Shown: positions 1-12,501, counted from the stretch's first letter. The stretch: 64,000 bases of DNA from Selaginella moellendorffii (GCF_000143415.4 NW_003314289.1:1792293-1856292), one strand, 5' to 3'. The notes: generated by a model not told the origin, from the letters alone. Numbers and translations are program-made.

Positions 1-66
1 CCAACCAGATGTCAATCAACATGTGGTGTGATTCCCTAGCCAACCAATAGAGTCGGACCCAAGACC

Positions 67-255
67 GCTCCAATACCAAATGTAAGCTCCTAAATTTGGA
101 CTTCCTAGGAGGTCACCCAACCCAGTACTATTCAAACCCAAGGACATTTAATCCCAAATATCCTAAAACCCTTAATCGATTGGAAAAAAAGGTGCACTTT
201 TATTCATGGGCCCTTTCCCTTTATATTTGAACCCTATGGACCATATCTCAAGTCG
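67..255 (-). mobile_element. Cassandra-like LTR fragment with 5S rRNA-derived core and adjacent tRNA-iMet-type PBS
   Basis: 67-78 is the reverse complement of a TGGTATCAGAGC-like PBS, followed by an LTR terminus (TGT at 81). 98-152 (GGACTTCCTAGGAGGTCACCCAACCCAGTACTA...CCCAAGGACATTTAA) resembles the reverse complement of the plant 5S rRNA A/C-box region. Confidence 0.65.
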
Positions 256-257
256 TT

Positions 258-921
258 CTCTTTGGTTGCTTATAGTAGTGTTTCAGTATTACTGTCTGGA
301 GTGGATTCTTTTGGAGATCTCTACTATTGCTTGGATGTGGATCTTGTGGGAGACAATGATGGAGGCCTAAGCTAGGTTGGACTTTGCCATTCTAGGTTCT
401 CCGGATAATAGTCCTGCATTTATGGATTAAGCATTTTATGTTTTAATGTTTTGGTTGGGGATATACCACCCGTTTACAAGTGTTTATTATCCATAGTCAA
501 ATGGTTTGGTGGAATGGCTCATACAAACCTTCAAAAAGATAATTGCAAAATATATGAACTTTTAACATTCGAATTAAGATGGTTATTTGCTATCCTTTTG
601 GTATGCATATGTTATAGGGGTGCAAAGTTCTATTAGTTTTTCACGATATAAACTCCTATATGGTCATAATCTGATATTGTTAACAAAGTTGAGTTTACTT
701 TCGCAATTGCCACGAGTTGTTGATATTAGGTCTTAAGATTAGTATTTGATGAGCATTCTTCCACTAGTGTAAGTAGAGTCTACCAAACATTTGAGCCACA
801 TATAAATGGGACAATAACAGTGCTATATTACTTAGTGGAAAGGACCGTATTAGGTGTTGTGGCAAGTTGGACCACAAGTTTATGAGGTTCAGCATAACGT
901 CAAACAAGTTGATCCTTTAAA

Positions 922-957
<36 letters not shown>

Positions 958-1278
958 CAAATAAAATGTTTTGTACAAAGGGATCAAGAACAATTGACAC
1001 CACCTATAGATCCATAAATGCTTGCTTTTGATATTCCTCTAAATCCTGGCCCATCCACCAAAAGACCTTAGCTATCTTCTATCCTTCTAAAAGGAAGTAA
1101 TGCTTTGAAGTTCAAATGTACAACTACAATGCAATATACTATTATTAGCATATTAGGATTTTGATAGCCATCAGATTAGTTTCAATCTTGACCACCCGCT
1201 ATTGTATTTAAATTAGGGTTTTTGGGTTAATTGATATGCATATTTCTATATTCTATTTTCATATTCCACACGCTCACA
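258..1278 (+). mobile_element. Degenerate 3' end (integrase remnant, PPT, 3' LTR ~1104-1278) of the gypsy family seen at 26071-31081
   Basis: Reverse-complement similarity to 26071-27100 (e.g. 835-895 vs 26440-26495; 1104-1278 vs the LTR at 26071-26245), with many C>T/G>A changes. Confidence 0.8.
927..956. repeat. (TA)n microsatellite
   Basis: About 15 TA units. Confidence 0.95.
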
Positions 1279-1324
1279 TATATATTATTACACCTTTACT
1301 TTAAAATTTAATCTATACTCTAGT

Positions 1325-1440
1325 GAAGATTGGGGATGTTCTGGAGCTCAGCCAAAGTTGAGCAGTGGATTCATCCACAAGAAGGAGAGCTAGCTCCAGA
1401 ATCCTGCAGTTGCTAGTGGCTTCACATTCTTCTCAGGGAT
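1325..1440 (-). pseudogene. Fragment of an ABCC/MRP transporter gene (L0 linker)
   Basis: Minus strand reads NVKPLATAGFWS*LSFLWMNPLLNFG, then ELQNIPNL after a frameshift. This matches the MRP motif 'TPFATAGFxSxLxFSWMNPLL..G..RPLELxDIPxL'. Contains stops. Confidence 0.65.
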
Positions 1441-3455
1441 CTGTTGTTTGGATACTATAATGTTATAAATAGTATAATGAATAATAATACATGTTTTTCT
1501 GCCAAAGGGTAAATGAATTTCTTCTGTTTTGCATAGGTAGCGAGGTGGTGGGAAACCCCTTGGTTGGCAGGGAAATCTCTCTCACTCCAAGGGTCCTGGG
1601 GAACTGGTCCCATCTCAAGACAGCTCTTGGGTGGTGCTAGAAGTTTGAGTGGAGCTGGCGTGTGGACATAGGCCATGTTCCAAGGATACCTCATTGTTGG
1701 ATCTACTAGAGCTTGTAGCCACACTCATGAATCTCTGTGAAGGCACAGCACTCCTACCCCAAGCGGTGCAACTCGCAGGAGGCAGCGCTCCAAAGCTGGA
1801 GCCTGCAGTGAGACGAGCTGCAGCTTGAAGCAAGTCCACTCCAGCTCACGCTGGATTTGCCATTGTATGCAGCGCAATTGCCTAAGATCTCAGCAATAAC
1901 ACCGCTCACATTGAGAATCCTTGCACCCTGATCTAGGCCGTGCTGAGCTCCTCATCCAGAGTTTCTGAGGCAGCACACAGTATGAGACCATGTAAGCCTT
2001 GCAAGGATCCATGCCTCACAAGTGTAGCCTCCCAGTGTGTGTCCAGGCCACTGACATTCCTATATTGCATAGCAGAAGGACAAAACTTTTTCTCCAACAG
2101 CATTGAGAGTGTTGTCTGTGGCATGAGGTCGAGCATACTGGGGGCCCCAGTCCTCAATGCAAACGAGGCCACTCCTCATGTCCCTGGGAAGCCCCACTTG
2201 ACTTTTGATTCCACATTGAGTGCTTCACATACCTGGCATCTTGATGACACAAAATGTCTGCTATTTCCATGGAAATCCAGTCATGGGTGTTTAGCACAGC
2301 CATACGTTACAACCCCCAGGTGTGTATGCTTTCAAGGTATATTCATAGTAATTTAATATAAGCCACACAAACAAAACCATGTGAATGTTTATGAATAAAA
2401 TTGTTAATCATGAGGAGGTACATGATGTACGGCCAAGAAAAAGAATGAACAGGTCAGCCATTGGCAGCGGCATGACTTTACCTAGTATGCAGTCGTTCGA
2501 ATTTTGGCTAGCGAGTGGTCTGAGTCGTACAACGATGGAGCTGAATGCAAGGGTGAAGCACTGGTATGATGGAGGCAATGGTGGCAAAGCACGGGCCTAC
2601 AGTACATATCTCGCTCTGATAGTTTGCGCTGGAACTCCTTTACCATGGTAATGTATACTTGAACTATGTAAGTCAACAAAGAAGAAAACAAATACCAGGG
2701 AAGCAAGCTCCATAAAAAGAAGAGAATCTGATGTGAATCCAAACTTGCCATAGAAAGTCAGGCCATCTAATTCTGACAAGAACCATAGTTACATTTTATA
2801 TATCAGACGGTTGAGACTTTGCATAAAGAAAACAGGTAGCTTCTTGCTGCTTTCCTGCTCTTAAAACACGTGTTTAACGCAAAACAAGTAGCAAACATTC
2901 TTTGACCACAAATTCCACTTGACTATAGATGACGTATGACATTGTCCTGCAAAAACCTTTGTTTCAAAAAGAAGGCTTGTCAAACACATCCTAAAGTTCT
3001 CAAGTTGCCAAAGACCACGTCTCGTCCTTTTGGAGACAGGATGGCCTACGCTGGAGCGAAGCATGTAACGTGTTGTGCAGCTTGAGCCGCTTACAAAATT
3101 GGACTGAAATATACACAGCGTAAAACTTAGGCGGTGAATAGTGTCAGTATTGAGGAATTTTCAATCCAGGGCTTCTTCTTCACAACATTGATCCAGAGAA
3201 GGAGCGGAAGTAAAAGATTGTCAAAGTTAGTAGTGACCCCTATACTGCTGTAATGGTATTCATATATTTGTAGTAACAGAGGAAGCACTATACAGTCAAC
3301 AATATGTTCTCTATTTCTTCTGTTTGTACGGTTCATTTTTAGAATTCCAGATGGAGACAAAGAAGTGAGAGAGAAAATGGTATTTACTCTTTTTAAAATT
3401 TACAAAAAAATGGGCCTGAGGGAATTTACCCAGAATCAAAACCGTCTATCACATA

Positions 3456-5022
3456 TTAGCAGACACTGACCTGCCTGTAGTGGCTGGGTCTGCCGTCTGG
3501 ATATGTCACCAGCGTCATTCTGTAGCCTTGACGCTTGAGAACCAACTGTTGACTCAACTCGAGCTGCTCACAGGCCATTTCTGTGGCCTGCATACTCGAA
3601 CCTCGGATGACTTTGGAGTGCAGCAGCATGAACTTGCCATCTGCCAGCTCCACCACCGCGTTGTGCCATGGTGTTGGGATGTGGAAGTTCTTCTCCTCGG
3701 AAGAACGCTGCGCTGCCACTAGAGAGGAATGGATGATGTTGATGCCATACTTGGGACCTCTGTTTGGATGCGGGTGGATGGAAATGCGCAGCTGCAAAGG
3801 GAAGAGCCACTCCACCATGGCCGAGTATGCACGGTTCCTGAGGATCATGAGGAAGGCAACCTGGCTGCACAGCTTCTTCTTGGCCGACTTTGACGGGAGA
3901 TTCTTGCAGCTCTTGTGTTCGTACAAGTCCTCGAGCATGAACCTGGAGAAGCCACGATATAGATTGCGTGTCTCCGGGTCCTCCTTGATCTCCTTGGTGA
4001 CGGTTGACTCGTCACATCCAAACAAGCACATGAGAGCTCGCCTGGCATTCTCTGCATTGGCGGTGAGCTCAGTCGCAACGGGATGCTCCACGGTGGTGTT
4101 GGAGATAAGCTTTGCAATGTCTTTGTCACTGTGGTTGTCCAGCAGAAACTCATCCAGGCGAAAGAAATTGACAAGGCCGGGATACAGATTGTGTGCCATC
4201 TCCCAAAACATCTCGCCGTAAGAATCCACAGCAGCGTCGTCCGAGCCGACGAGATCAGAGAAGACATGGCCATCCGAGGCGACGTTGTAGTGCACGCCTG
4301 GAGCATACACGGCCTTGATGAGATCCGCAACAATCTTCATGGAATGGATGGCCAGCTCCTCGGCCTTGTCCGGGCACTTTCCCAGAGTCTTGTCGGGATT
4401 GCACGACTTGACTGGAAATGCGGGCAAGACGAACTCGAGTGGAATGTTTCTTGCGACGTGGTACCTCACCTTGTCCGCAAACCTCTGCTTGCCCCCACTT
4501 GTGAACCACTGGTCGTGCTTTGGGAAGTGGATGTAATTCTTCTCGATGATGTCCACAACTTGGGAGGTGATGTCGTCCACCTCTTGAGGTGTGTGCGAGC
4601 TGAAGGGCTCCAGAAGGCAATCTCTGGTCATGACGCCGTTGTCCAGCAGCAGAGAGGCCAGATAGCTCATGCTCTCGCTGTCCTCCTCCTGGAGATTGGG
4701 ATCCTGGATGAAAACCACGCCCTCGAACCCGCTCCCAATGTATCTCTCGTAGACGGGTGGCTGTCCACTCCTGGTCAGCTGCTGCTCCAAGCATGGAAAT
4801 GGTGTACTTGTTCATCTCTGGAGCAACTGAGCGTGTGGCCTGCTTAGCCGCCTCTAAATCTTCCGCCTTGTCACTCGCGACCATGGAGGAGAACAAGAAA
4901 TCACACTTTGCTGCTAGTACTGGGACATGCCTGGACGCAGATTGTGAGACGAAGCCAATCTCACCACTCTCTCTGTGGATGTACAGGAATGCAATCTTGT
5001 CCTTTGGATATGAACTTGCCAT
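3456..5022 (-). pseudogene. DIT1/PvcA-family isocyanide synthase, copy 1 (intronless; +1 frameshift at ~4755-4757, real or sequencing error)
   Basis: Motifs LPAFPVKSCNPDKTLGKCPDKAEELA, SDGHVFSD, LYRGFSRFMLEDL, RNRAYS, LRISIHPHPNRGPKYGI, HIPTPWHN. AGACGGGTGG here versus AGACGGTGG in copy 2 splits the N-terminal ORF (ATG 5022) from the 3456-4790 ORF. Confidence 0.88.
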
Positions 5023-5121
5023 GGGTGTTATGAAGAAAAAGAGAAAATCTCAAATTTCAGGCTAGAGGATGGAAGATTGCAGACTGGGATCGATGAATTG
5101 TCTGGGTTTCCCTGGTTGGGC

Positions 5122-5128
5122 TTTTATA
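5122..5128 (-). promoter_or_regulatory. Putative TATA box (TATAAAA) of ICS copy 1
   Basis: GGTATAAAAGCCC on the minus strand ~100 bp upstream of the ATG; conserved in copy 2. Confidence 0.5.
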
Positions 5129-5466
5129 CCAGGAAGCCGCCCGCCTTCCCGGTACCTACGCGCTTGACTGGAAAATTCTCAAACGTGGGCTGGGAAAATA
5201 GAACGCGATTGACAAAGTCACACAACTGACCATGAAGCTTCACACGTAGTTTCTTGTTTGTTTCTTTTGACAACGTTTGATTCTTTTCACAACCATGTAG
5301 AACAAGGAATCTTTTGTCAAGGCCTGGTTTTTCTTCTCTTCTTCTTTGTGTACAAATGCTAGTCTCTAGAGAATGGTGTCTCAAAGAATCTCTATAATTC
5401 GGTTCCAGATTTTCTTACCTTTGCATGAATGCTTCTAGTATGACACAGCAATCGTTTGTTGCATCT

Positions 5467-6509
5467 TCAAACTGGAGCAGCCTTGCCTCTAAAACTGATC
5501 AAAGGATTTGCATTTGCCCACACTGCAGCATCCTTGTAGCCCAGGACATAGAGCTCATCTAATACTGCATCTCCAGCCAGTTCTAAAGCCCAGTTTAAAA
5601 GCTGCAAAACAGTCGAGAAATTTACTAAATACCTTTATTATTTCTGTACCTGTCTTGGAGAGGCTCGGTTGTCGGGATTACAGTCCGGGCTGATACCCAC
5701 TGTGTCTTGAAGACCGAGGCGCTTGGCAGAAAAGGCACACACTCGTACCTGTGTAAAAGCAAAGCGAAAGTTTCAGAAGCCAACTCAAATCTTACCAAGT
5801 GACACGAAAGAACCGTTGTTTCAGCAGCTGAAGGGGGCATGAAGAGTGTGAACCCGCCGTTGATGCACAGTCTGTTCTTGAAGACAGTAACAGGTCGTGG
5901 TGCTAGATAACTAAAAACCAGTCAATCTTCCATCTTAATGGAACGCAATAGCAAACTACTTACTTGGGAATGAAACACGACGTAAGCAAAGCGTTGATCA
6001 GATCTTCTTTGGAATCAAACTGGTCAACGAGCAGGCCTCTTGGTACTCGAAAGAGTTGCGTGATTGCAACTGCAAAGAGAAGTAGTGAACTTAGCATGAC
6101 ACAAGGGAGAGAGAAAAGAGACAGCTCCATACCTCTGATCCTCCCGCTCGCCTTAACGTGCGCGTCATCGGGCATAACTTTGTACAAAACTCTCCTCAGC
6201 ACAGCCTAGTGATGGAGACAATAAAGAGGAGCTCTGAGCAAACTAGACACAGACTCAGTACCTCGAGAGATCTCTCTTACCCCGAGCCTGAAAGCAGTCC
6301 CATTGGCACGACAATCTTGTGCTAGATCCTTGGTTGCGACCAGTGCGTCTTGCATGCTCATCCCTGCCACTACAACAGCATAAACGAGCGCTCCAGCCGA
6401 CGATCCAGCTAAAGGAGTATCCTCCTACGAAGATAGAAAAGCAGAAAATGGAGAAGAGTTGGAGCTCGATCGTACCGTGATATAGTTCCGCTCCATGAGG
6501 CACTTCCAC
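5467..6509 (-). pseudogene. Patatin-like phospholipase (PNPLA-type), 5'-truncated
   Basis: Spliced exons DTPLAGSSAGALV (GxSxG), DLAQDCRANGTAFRLG, PRGLLVDQFDSKEDLINA, YLAPRP..NRLCINGG (DGG changed to NGG), GISPDCNP, LNWALE. The 5' end is replaced by gypsy integrase sequence at ~6510. Confidence 0.8.
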
Positions 6510-9500
6510 TTTACCAATTCGAGCCTCAATCTCATAAGGCCCTGCAAACCTGCGTAAGGAACTCAAGATCAATTCATTTACAGGAATACATGCATTTTTA
6601 CCTTTGGGTCAACTTCTAGCTGATCCCACTTGGTAGCCTGAGGTTCTTGGTGTTCAACCACACCTTCTCCCCATAGCTCACCCATTGATAACTTCCCATG
6701 GACTCACCCCTATGCTCGAATGTGGTGAGTTGTTATAACATATTTCTGTAAGTCCCAAATGACTTACCCAATTGGTCTAGTCTCCCGAGACATAACATTG
6801 CAAATAATCCTCCAACTGCCTATTCACCCTTTCCGGTTGCCCGTCTATCAAGAAGTGTTAGTGCCATCAAACTTGACTTAATACCTATTACCTGTCTATG
6901 GGTGATAGGCTATGCTGAATTTCAACTTGGTGCAATATTGTTCCAAGAGTGTTCTCCAGAACCTATTGGTGAAGATCTTATCTCGATCTGAGATAATCTC
7001 TTCTGGCCTTCCCCGCACTTGAACCACTTGTTCAAAGAACAGCTTTGCCACACCTTTTGCATCCACTTCTGTTGTGGTGGGTATGAAATGTGCCATCTTC
7101 GAAAATCGATCCACCACCACAAATATCGCATCGAACCCCTTGCTTGGGGGGAGTCCCGTGATGAAGTCCATCATAAAACATTTCCACGGACGATCTAGAA
7201 TTGGGATGCTTTGTAGCAAGCCCCCACTAGCTTTAGTCACGGCTTTGACCTGCTGATATGTTAGACATGTCTTTACATAGTCTTGGACGTCCTTAGCCAT
7301 ATCTGGCTAGTGGTACTTCTTCTTGAGTAAGCCCATTGTCTTGGGCACTCCGCCGTATCCCACAAAAGGTCTGTCATGACACTCTTTTAAGGCTACCTTC
7401 CTTAGTTCCCCTTCTGGAACATACACCCTCGTTTGCTTGTAATATATGAGTCTATTGCGTTCCACATAGCCCGTTTTCTCTTCCGTTGGCAGCTCACCTC
7501 TCTGGTGAGCTTCCCATGCCTCTAGATTCCTCAGCAACACTTCTTGTGCTAGACCATCGTTCTTGTATGCAGTCCGCATATCATCCCAAAAGGTTGTTGT
7601 TGTGTTGGATATTGCCAACTTTAAGCTCGCTTTTCAACTAAGCGCATCTGCCACGATGTTGCTCTTCCCAAGCTTGTACAGAATCTCGCAATCAAACTCA
7701 GCCAAAGCATTGGCCCACCGACCTTGTTTTCCCCTCAGGCTGGGTTGTGACAAGAAGTGTTTCGTTGCCACATTGTCTATATAAACTTTAAAGTGTCTCC
7801 CAAGGTAGTGTTGCCACTCCTTGAGCGCCTTGACCACCGCAAACAATTCCTTCTCATGGGCAGGCCACTTCCATTAAGCCTTATCCAGCTTCTTCGAGAA
7901 GAACGCTACTGGATGGTTGTCTTGCTTCAAAATTGTGCCCAACGCAAAGTCTGAAGCATCCGTTTCTACCTCAAAGTCATTACCAAAGTTTGGTAATGCT
8001 AACATGGGAGCCTTCCTCAACTTCCCCTTGAGGTGGACGAATGCTGCCTCGCATTCTACTGTCCATACCATCTTCCCTTTTCCCGTTTGGTTTGTTAAGG
8101 GTAGGGCTACTCTAGAATAGTGTCTGATAAACTTTCAATAGTAGTTGCATAGCCCAAAGAATGCCCTTAACTCGTGTACATTCGATGGTCGCTCTCAATC
8201 CTGGATCGCTTGGACCTTCTCAGGGTCCACCTTGAGCTCGTCCTTGCCCACCACATGCCCGAGAAACTTTACCTCTTGTTGAGCAAAGTCACATTTGCTC
8301 TCTTTAGCATATAGCTGGTGTTCTTTTAGTTTCTCAAACACCTTCGTCAAGTGTTTGGTATGCTCCTCTAGCATTTCGCTATACATCAGGATGTCGTTAA
8401 TATAGACGACCACAAAGTGATTCAGATAGGGTACAAAGATATGGTTCATCAATGCCGAAAATGTTGCCGGCACATTGCATAGCCTGAAGGGCATCACCAG
8501 AAACTCGAAGCTCCCATACCTCATTTGACAGGTTGTCTTATCAACATCTTCTTCTGCTACCCTGATCTGGTAGTATCCTAACCTTAGGTCAATCCTTGAG
8601 AAGTATTTTGCCTTTCCCAACCTATCGAATAGGTCCTCAATCCTTGGCAAAGGGTACTTGTTCTTCTTTGTATACTTGTTGAGCAATCGGTAGTCTATGC
8701 ACATGCGCATAAATCCATCTTTCTTTTTCACAAATAGCACTGGCGCCCCATACGGCGACTTGCTCAATCTAACATACCCTTTGTCCACCAACTCCTCTAG
8801 TTGGCGCTTGAGCTCCGCGAGTTCTTTTTCATTCAAACGATAAGGGGGACGAACCACCGCCTTAGCACCCTCGACTAGCTCAATTTTATGCTCTATCGGT
8901 TGTGTGGGGGGCAACCCCGCTGGTAGCTCCTCCAGCATGGTATCCTAGAATTGGTCCAACACCCGCTGGATCACTAAAGGTACTTCTTTCGTTCCTGTCT
9001 TTTTGTCACTTCTCACCGAGAGTAAGCACAAAAATGCAGCCTTGGTCCCGTTAGTGAGTTGTCCTCTCGTGGACACCAAGTTTAGGTATGAATCTTTGGC
9101 CTTGCATTACCCTACCTTTAAATCCTGGGCCTCCACCCTAGATCTTCTTCCTTGGGCATTTGCTATTACCACAAGGTTCCTACCTTGTCCATGTAGAGCT
9201 ACCATGAACCGATTGAACTAATCCATCCCGAAGATCACATCAAATCCCGCCATGTCCAATATAGTGAAATCCATGTCTACTTTCCAAGTCCCTACTTCGA
9301 CTCTCACTTGTCGAAGTACCTCATCGGTGCTTTGGCTACCTTGAACAAACTATATAGTCCTTGGTTCGCCCAGCCGCTGCACTGTTAGTCCGACTTGCCG
9401 GATTATGTCTGCAGCCACAAAATTATCCAAAGCACCCGTGTCAATAAGGATCTTAATAAAGCTACCTCCGAGCTTCTCTCGGAGGGCTAATAGATGTCGC

Positions 9501-11897
9501 GAATGACTCTCTACCAAAATTCCTCGTGTAATGAGTAACTTTGAGCTAGGGACTCGATTACATACCTCAGTTTGGACTTCAATGGCCATATTGGCTCTGG
9601 CCTTCTTCGAGTAGGGACATTCCCTTGAAAAGTGTCCCACTTCACCGCAGTTGTAGCATATGTTATTTCCCACGCTGCTAAATTACTTGACCTTCTTATC
9701 CATGGGTTTGTCTCTTTTTGCTTGACTCCCCCACATACTTGCTCGCTGGCCACTGGATTCGCCTTTCCGGAACCCCGAGGACTCATTCTTAGATAAACTT
9801 TTCTTGAATTTCCCTTTGCTATATATTTCCCTTGGTTTGGCCCCTTTCCTAAACGTGGACCCCGACCCTATCGTGTTCCCCTTTCATAGGTTATCATTGA
9901 AATGCACCTTGATAGCCGCATCCAACACTTCTTTGTAATTGGTCAGGTTCCAATGCATCACCTCGCCACGAGCCCAGATTTGCAAGCCCGATATGAAGGC
10001 ATGGAATGCATCCATATCCCTCATGTCCGTGACAAGTATCCTCTTTGCTATAAACCCATTCACATACTTCTGAATGGTTCCGGTCTGCTTCAACCTACTT
10101 AGCTAGTCTCTTAGATGCAGAGTAGCATTCGGAGGAACGTAAGTCGCGCAAATTCTCGCCTTCATCATGTCCCAAGTGGCCACCGGTCCTTTGTTGGCCT
10201 CTGTCGTTCTCCACCAAGACATGGCATTATCTTCCAAGTATGGTTTTGCACATGGGACCTTCTCCGAGCTCGGTAACGGCAATGCTCGAAAATAGTCCTC
10301 CATATCATAAAACCAATCCTCCACCACCTTATAGTCGTTCACTCCCTTGAAGACCGGTGGGGGCTTTGGTTTGTACTTGGGAACTACCTGAGGGATTGAT
10401 TCCACTTCGGTCTGTTCAACCTTGTTTGGTTCTGCCTCAGTCCCTACCGAAGGGTGTGCACCTTCTATGCTGCCAGCATCCACAGTCTTTCGCTTTTTTT
10501 TTTCTGCTTCTTGTCATGCTTTAGCTTGCATACGAGAGTCTCCAGCAGGGCATTGGTCTGTGCCAATTGTCCTTCTAGAACGTCCAATCGAGCCTTGGAC
10601 GACCGCACCTCACCACCAGACTCTTGTTTGGAAATTTCCTCACTAGAGTCCTCCTCATGCAAGGATTCCTCATCCATTGCCTTTTGTTCGACCGGAGGCT
10701 CTAGCTCTGGAGGAGGTTCCGTCTCTGTCTTGGTTCGTTTACCTACCTTTGCTATCTCCCAGCAATCCGCCTCTATCCTTTGCTAGAACTGAGGAAAAGG
10801 CTCCGATACCAAATTGTAAGCCATAAATTTTTCCTTTCCAATTTATTTTTTCCAATTTAGGGGGATTGGGAGAGATTTGGGAATTCGTGGATGGATGGCT
10901 AACGCTCCGTTGCTCATGTAGTGAGTAGCTGAAACCAAGTAGGACCAAGTAAGAGCTGGTACCATAGGTGGGAATCTTGGCGAGGGAACTTAGCAAAAGT
11001 CAATGTAGTGCTGGACTCTGGGTTAGATTAGACTTAAGGTTTGGCTACACTCCCCGCAGGCACAAGCAGCCAAGCACACCAAGCCTCTAAGTTCCTAACA
11101 TGATCATGGGACCCTTTATATCCCAAGTCTTGGGTGCAACACTTGCTTTGGGACGCCGGGGCGAAACACTGTGGCCTAACAGCCTGGTATGGGTACCTCT
11201 ACCCCCCCCCCACTTCCATCCCGAAGGAAGGCACAAGCCCCTAGGAAGGGCGAGGACCAATGAGCCGCATGGTACTCAAATGGGGCACCACTCCACATGA
11301 GCCGGGAGCACTGCAATCGGTTTCACTTTCGGGAGTGGGAGCTACTCTTGAGCACTTCTTGGGGTGGCCCTCCGGCACCACCCAAGTCCCTACTCACTCC
11401 CACCCAAGGCCCCTCAGCCCTAGTATCAACCTCAAGTCAGTTTAGAAGCACCACTGGAGAGTTCCTTCAAGATTGGTTCCTAGACCTCACTATCCCTACT
11501 ATACTTTTGGAACCCCCTGCAGCCCCCCCCCCCCCCCCCCCCCGGGAGACGCACGCTTTGGGGGCTTTCACCCCTTGACCCGTATTAGTACTCGGACTCG
11601 GTCTCGGACTCGACCTCGGACTCGATCTCGGACCTGACTTCGGACTCGGTCTCGGACTCGATCTCGGACTCGATCTTAGACCCGATCTCGAACTCGACTT
11701 CAGACTCGACCTCGGACTCAGTCTCGAACCCGATTTGGATCTCGGACTCGGTCTCCGATTCGGCCTCAGACTCGATCCCGGACTCTATCACGAACTCGGT
11801 CTCAGAGTCGGTCTTGGACTCGATCTTCGACTCGGTCCCATCCGATGAACTCTTTGTCATTTTGGTCATGCTTTCGGGGATCCTTTAGCCTACGACA
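6510..11897 (-). mobile_element. Ty3/gypsy LTR retrotransposon (family A), 3'-truncated and decayed
   Basis: gag (9884-10677), CCHC knuckle CYNCGEVGHFSREC, protease LIDTGA, RT (8195-8938; YINDIL), RNase H (ETDASDFALG), integrase (MDFITGLP, SDRD, GPY at ~6540). PBS TGGTATCGGAGCC at 10799-10811; 5' LTR ~10815-11897. Many stops. Confidence 0.92.
11590..11840. repeat. 12-bp-period tandem repeat (CTCGGACTCGRT-like) inside the LTR
   Basis: Repeating units are directly visible; a related array lies at 14600-14960. Confidence 0.9.
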
Positions 11898-11899
11898 TC

Positions 11900-12490
11900 T
11901 TGGCGAGTTGGTTCCTTATACAGTGATGCAATTTAACATTCATTTTCAAGCCTTTTGTTTTGTGTAAAGCCAAATAATGCTTTTCACTTGGTACAATGTT
12001 TGTGAGACATTGCTTTTTCCACTTTTTATTGCTTGTGTTTTAACTCCACTTTCTGTGGGATATGGTCCTGTTTCAATGGAGGTTAATGTTATTGCTTCCC
12101 GAGTTCATAGACAAGGGCAATGATGTGGTCATGGCCATGATGTTCATTGTTGAACGTGTGATAAAATTAGTCATGTTAGCATTGGCATCCTCCATTTCCT
12201 GAGTGGAGACCTTGATGTTAGCAACAACTTGTTGGTGCTGTTGCAGTGGAAGGTTAAAACATCGAGATGCTTCTAAGAAACAAAAAGTCATGCAAGTAGT
12301 AGATGGTCCTTGTGTGAATAAATTTGTGACCTTTCTATTTTTCTTTCGGGAGTATTATCAAAGGGTTCATTTGGCACAAGTTCATTTCTCCTATTATTTT
12401 ATCTGTGTTAATTAATACAAGCTTAAGTTTATCTTTTATTGCTTAGTTTGTAGCCACATATTGCTATCTACAATTACGTCATGTGGCAGA
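11900..12490 (+). mobile_element. Degenerate gag/protease fragment of gypsy family B
   Basis: Reverse-complement similarity to 29520-30240. Confidence 0.75.
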
Positions 12491-12501
12491 GCTAGTCTAG
12501 T

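Larger units (their letters stand above)
2370..5191. repeat. Segmental duplication, copy A (~2.8 kb; copy B at 16047-18953)
   Basis: Near-identical from ACAAAACCATGTGAATG to CTCAAACGTGGGC in both copies. Confidence 0.95.

Noticed and set aside
98-152. Functional 5S rRNA gene
   Set aside because: Only about half of 5S, diverged, and embedded in an LTR next to a PBS.
3583-4847. Long plus-strand ORFs (212 and 254 aa; 437 aa across the gap in copy 2) antisense to ICS
   Set aside because: Antisense shadows of a GC3-rich CDS with no recognisable motifs; the 437-aa ORF is also an N-gap artefact.
3456-5022. Fungal contamination as the source of ICS
   Set aside because: Four copies at different decay stages are contiguous with plant genes and plant TEs; long-read confirmation is still desirable.
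11590-11840. Possible CRISPR-like array
   Set aside because: Contiguous short tandem units with no unique spacers, in a eukaryotic LTR context.
11585-11869. E/S/T-rich ORF, and the R/P-rich ORF at 14421-14708
   Set aside because: Translations of tandem repeats inside LTRs.
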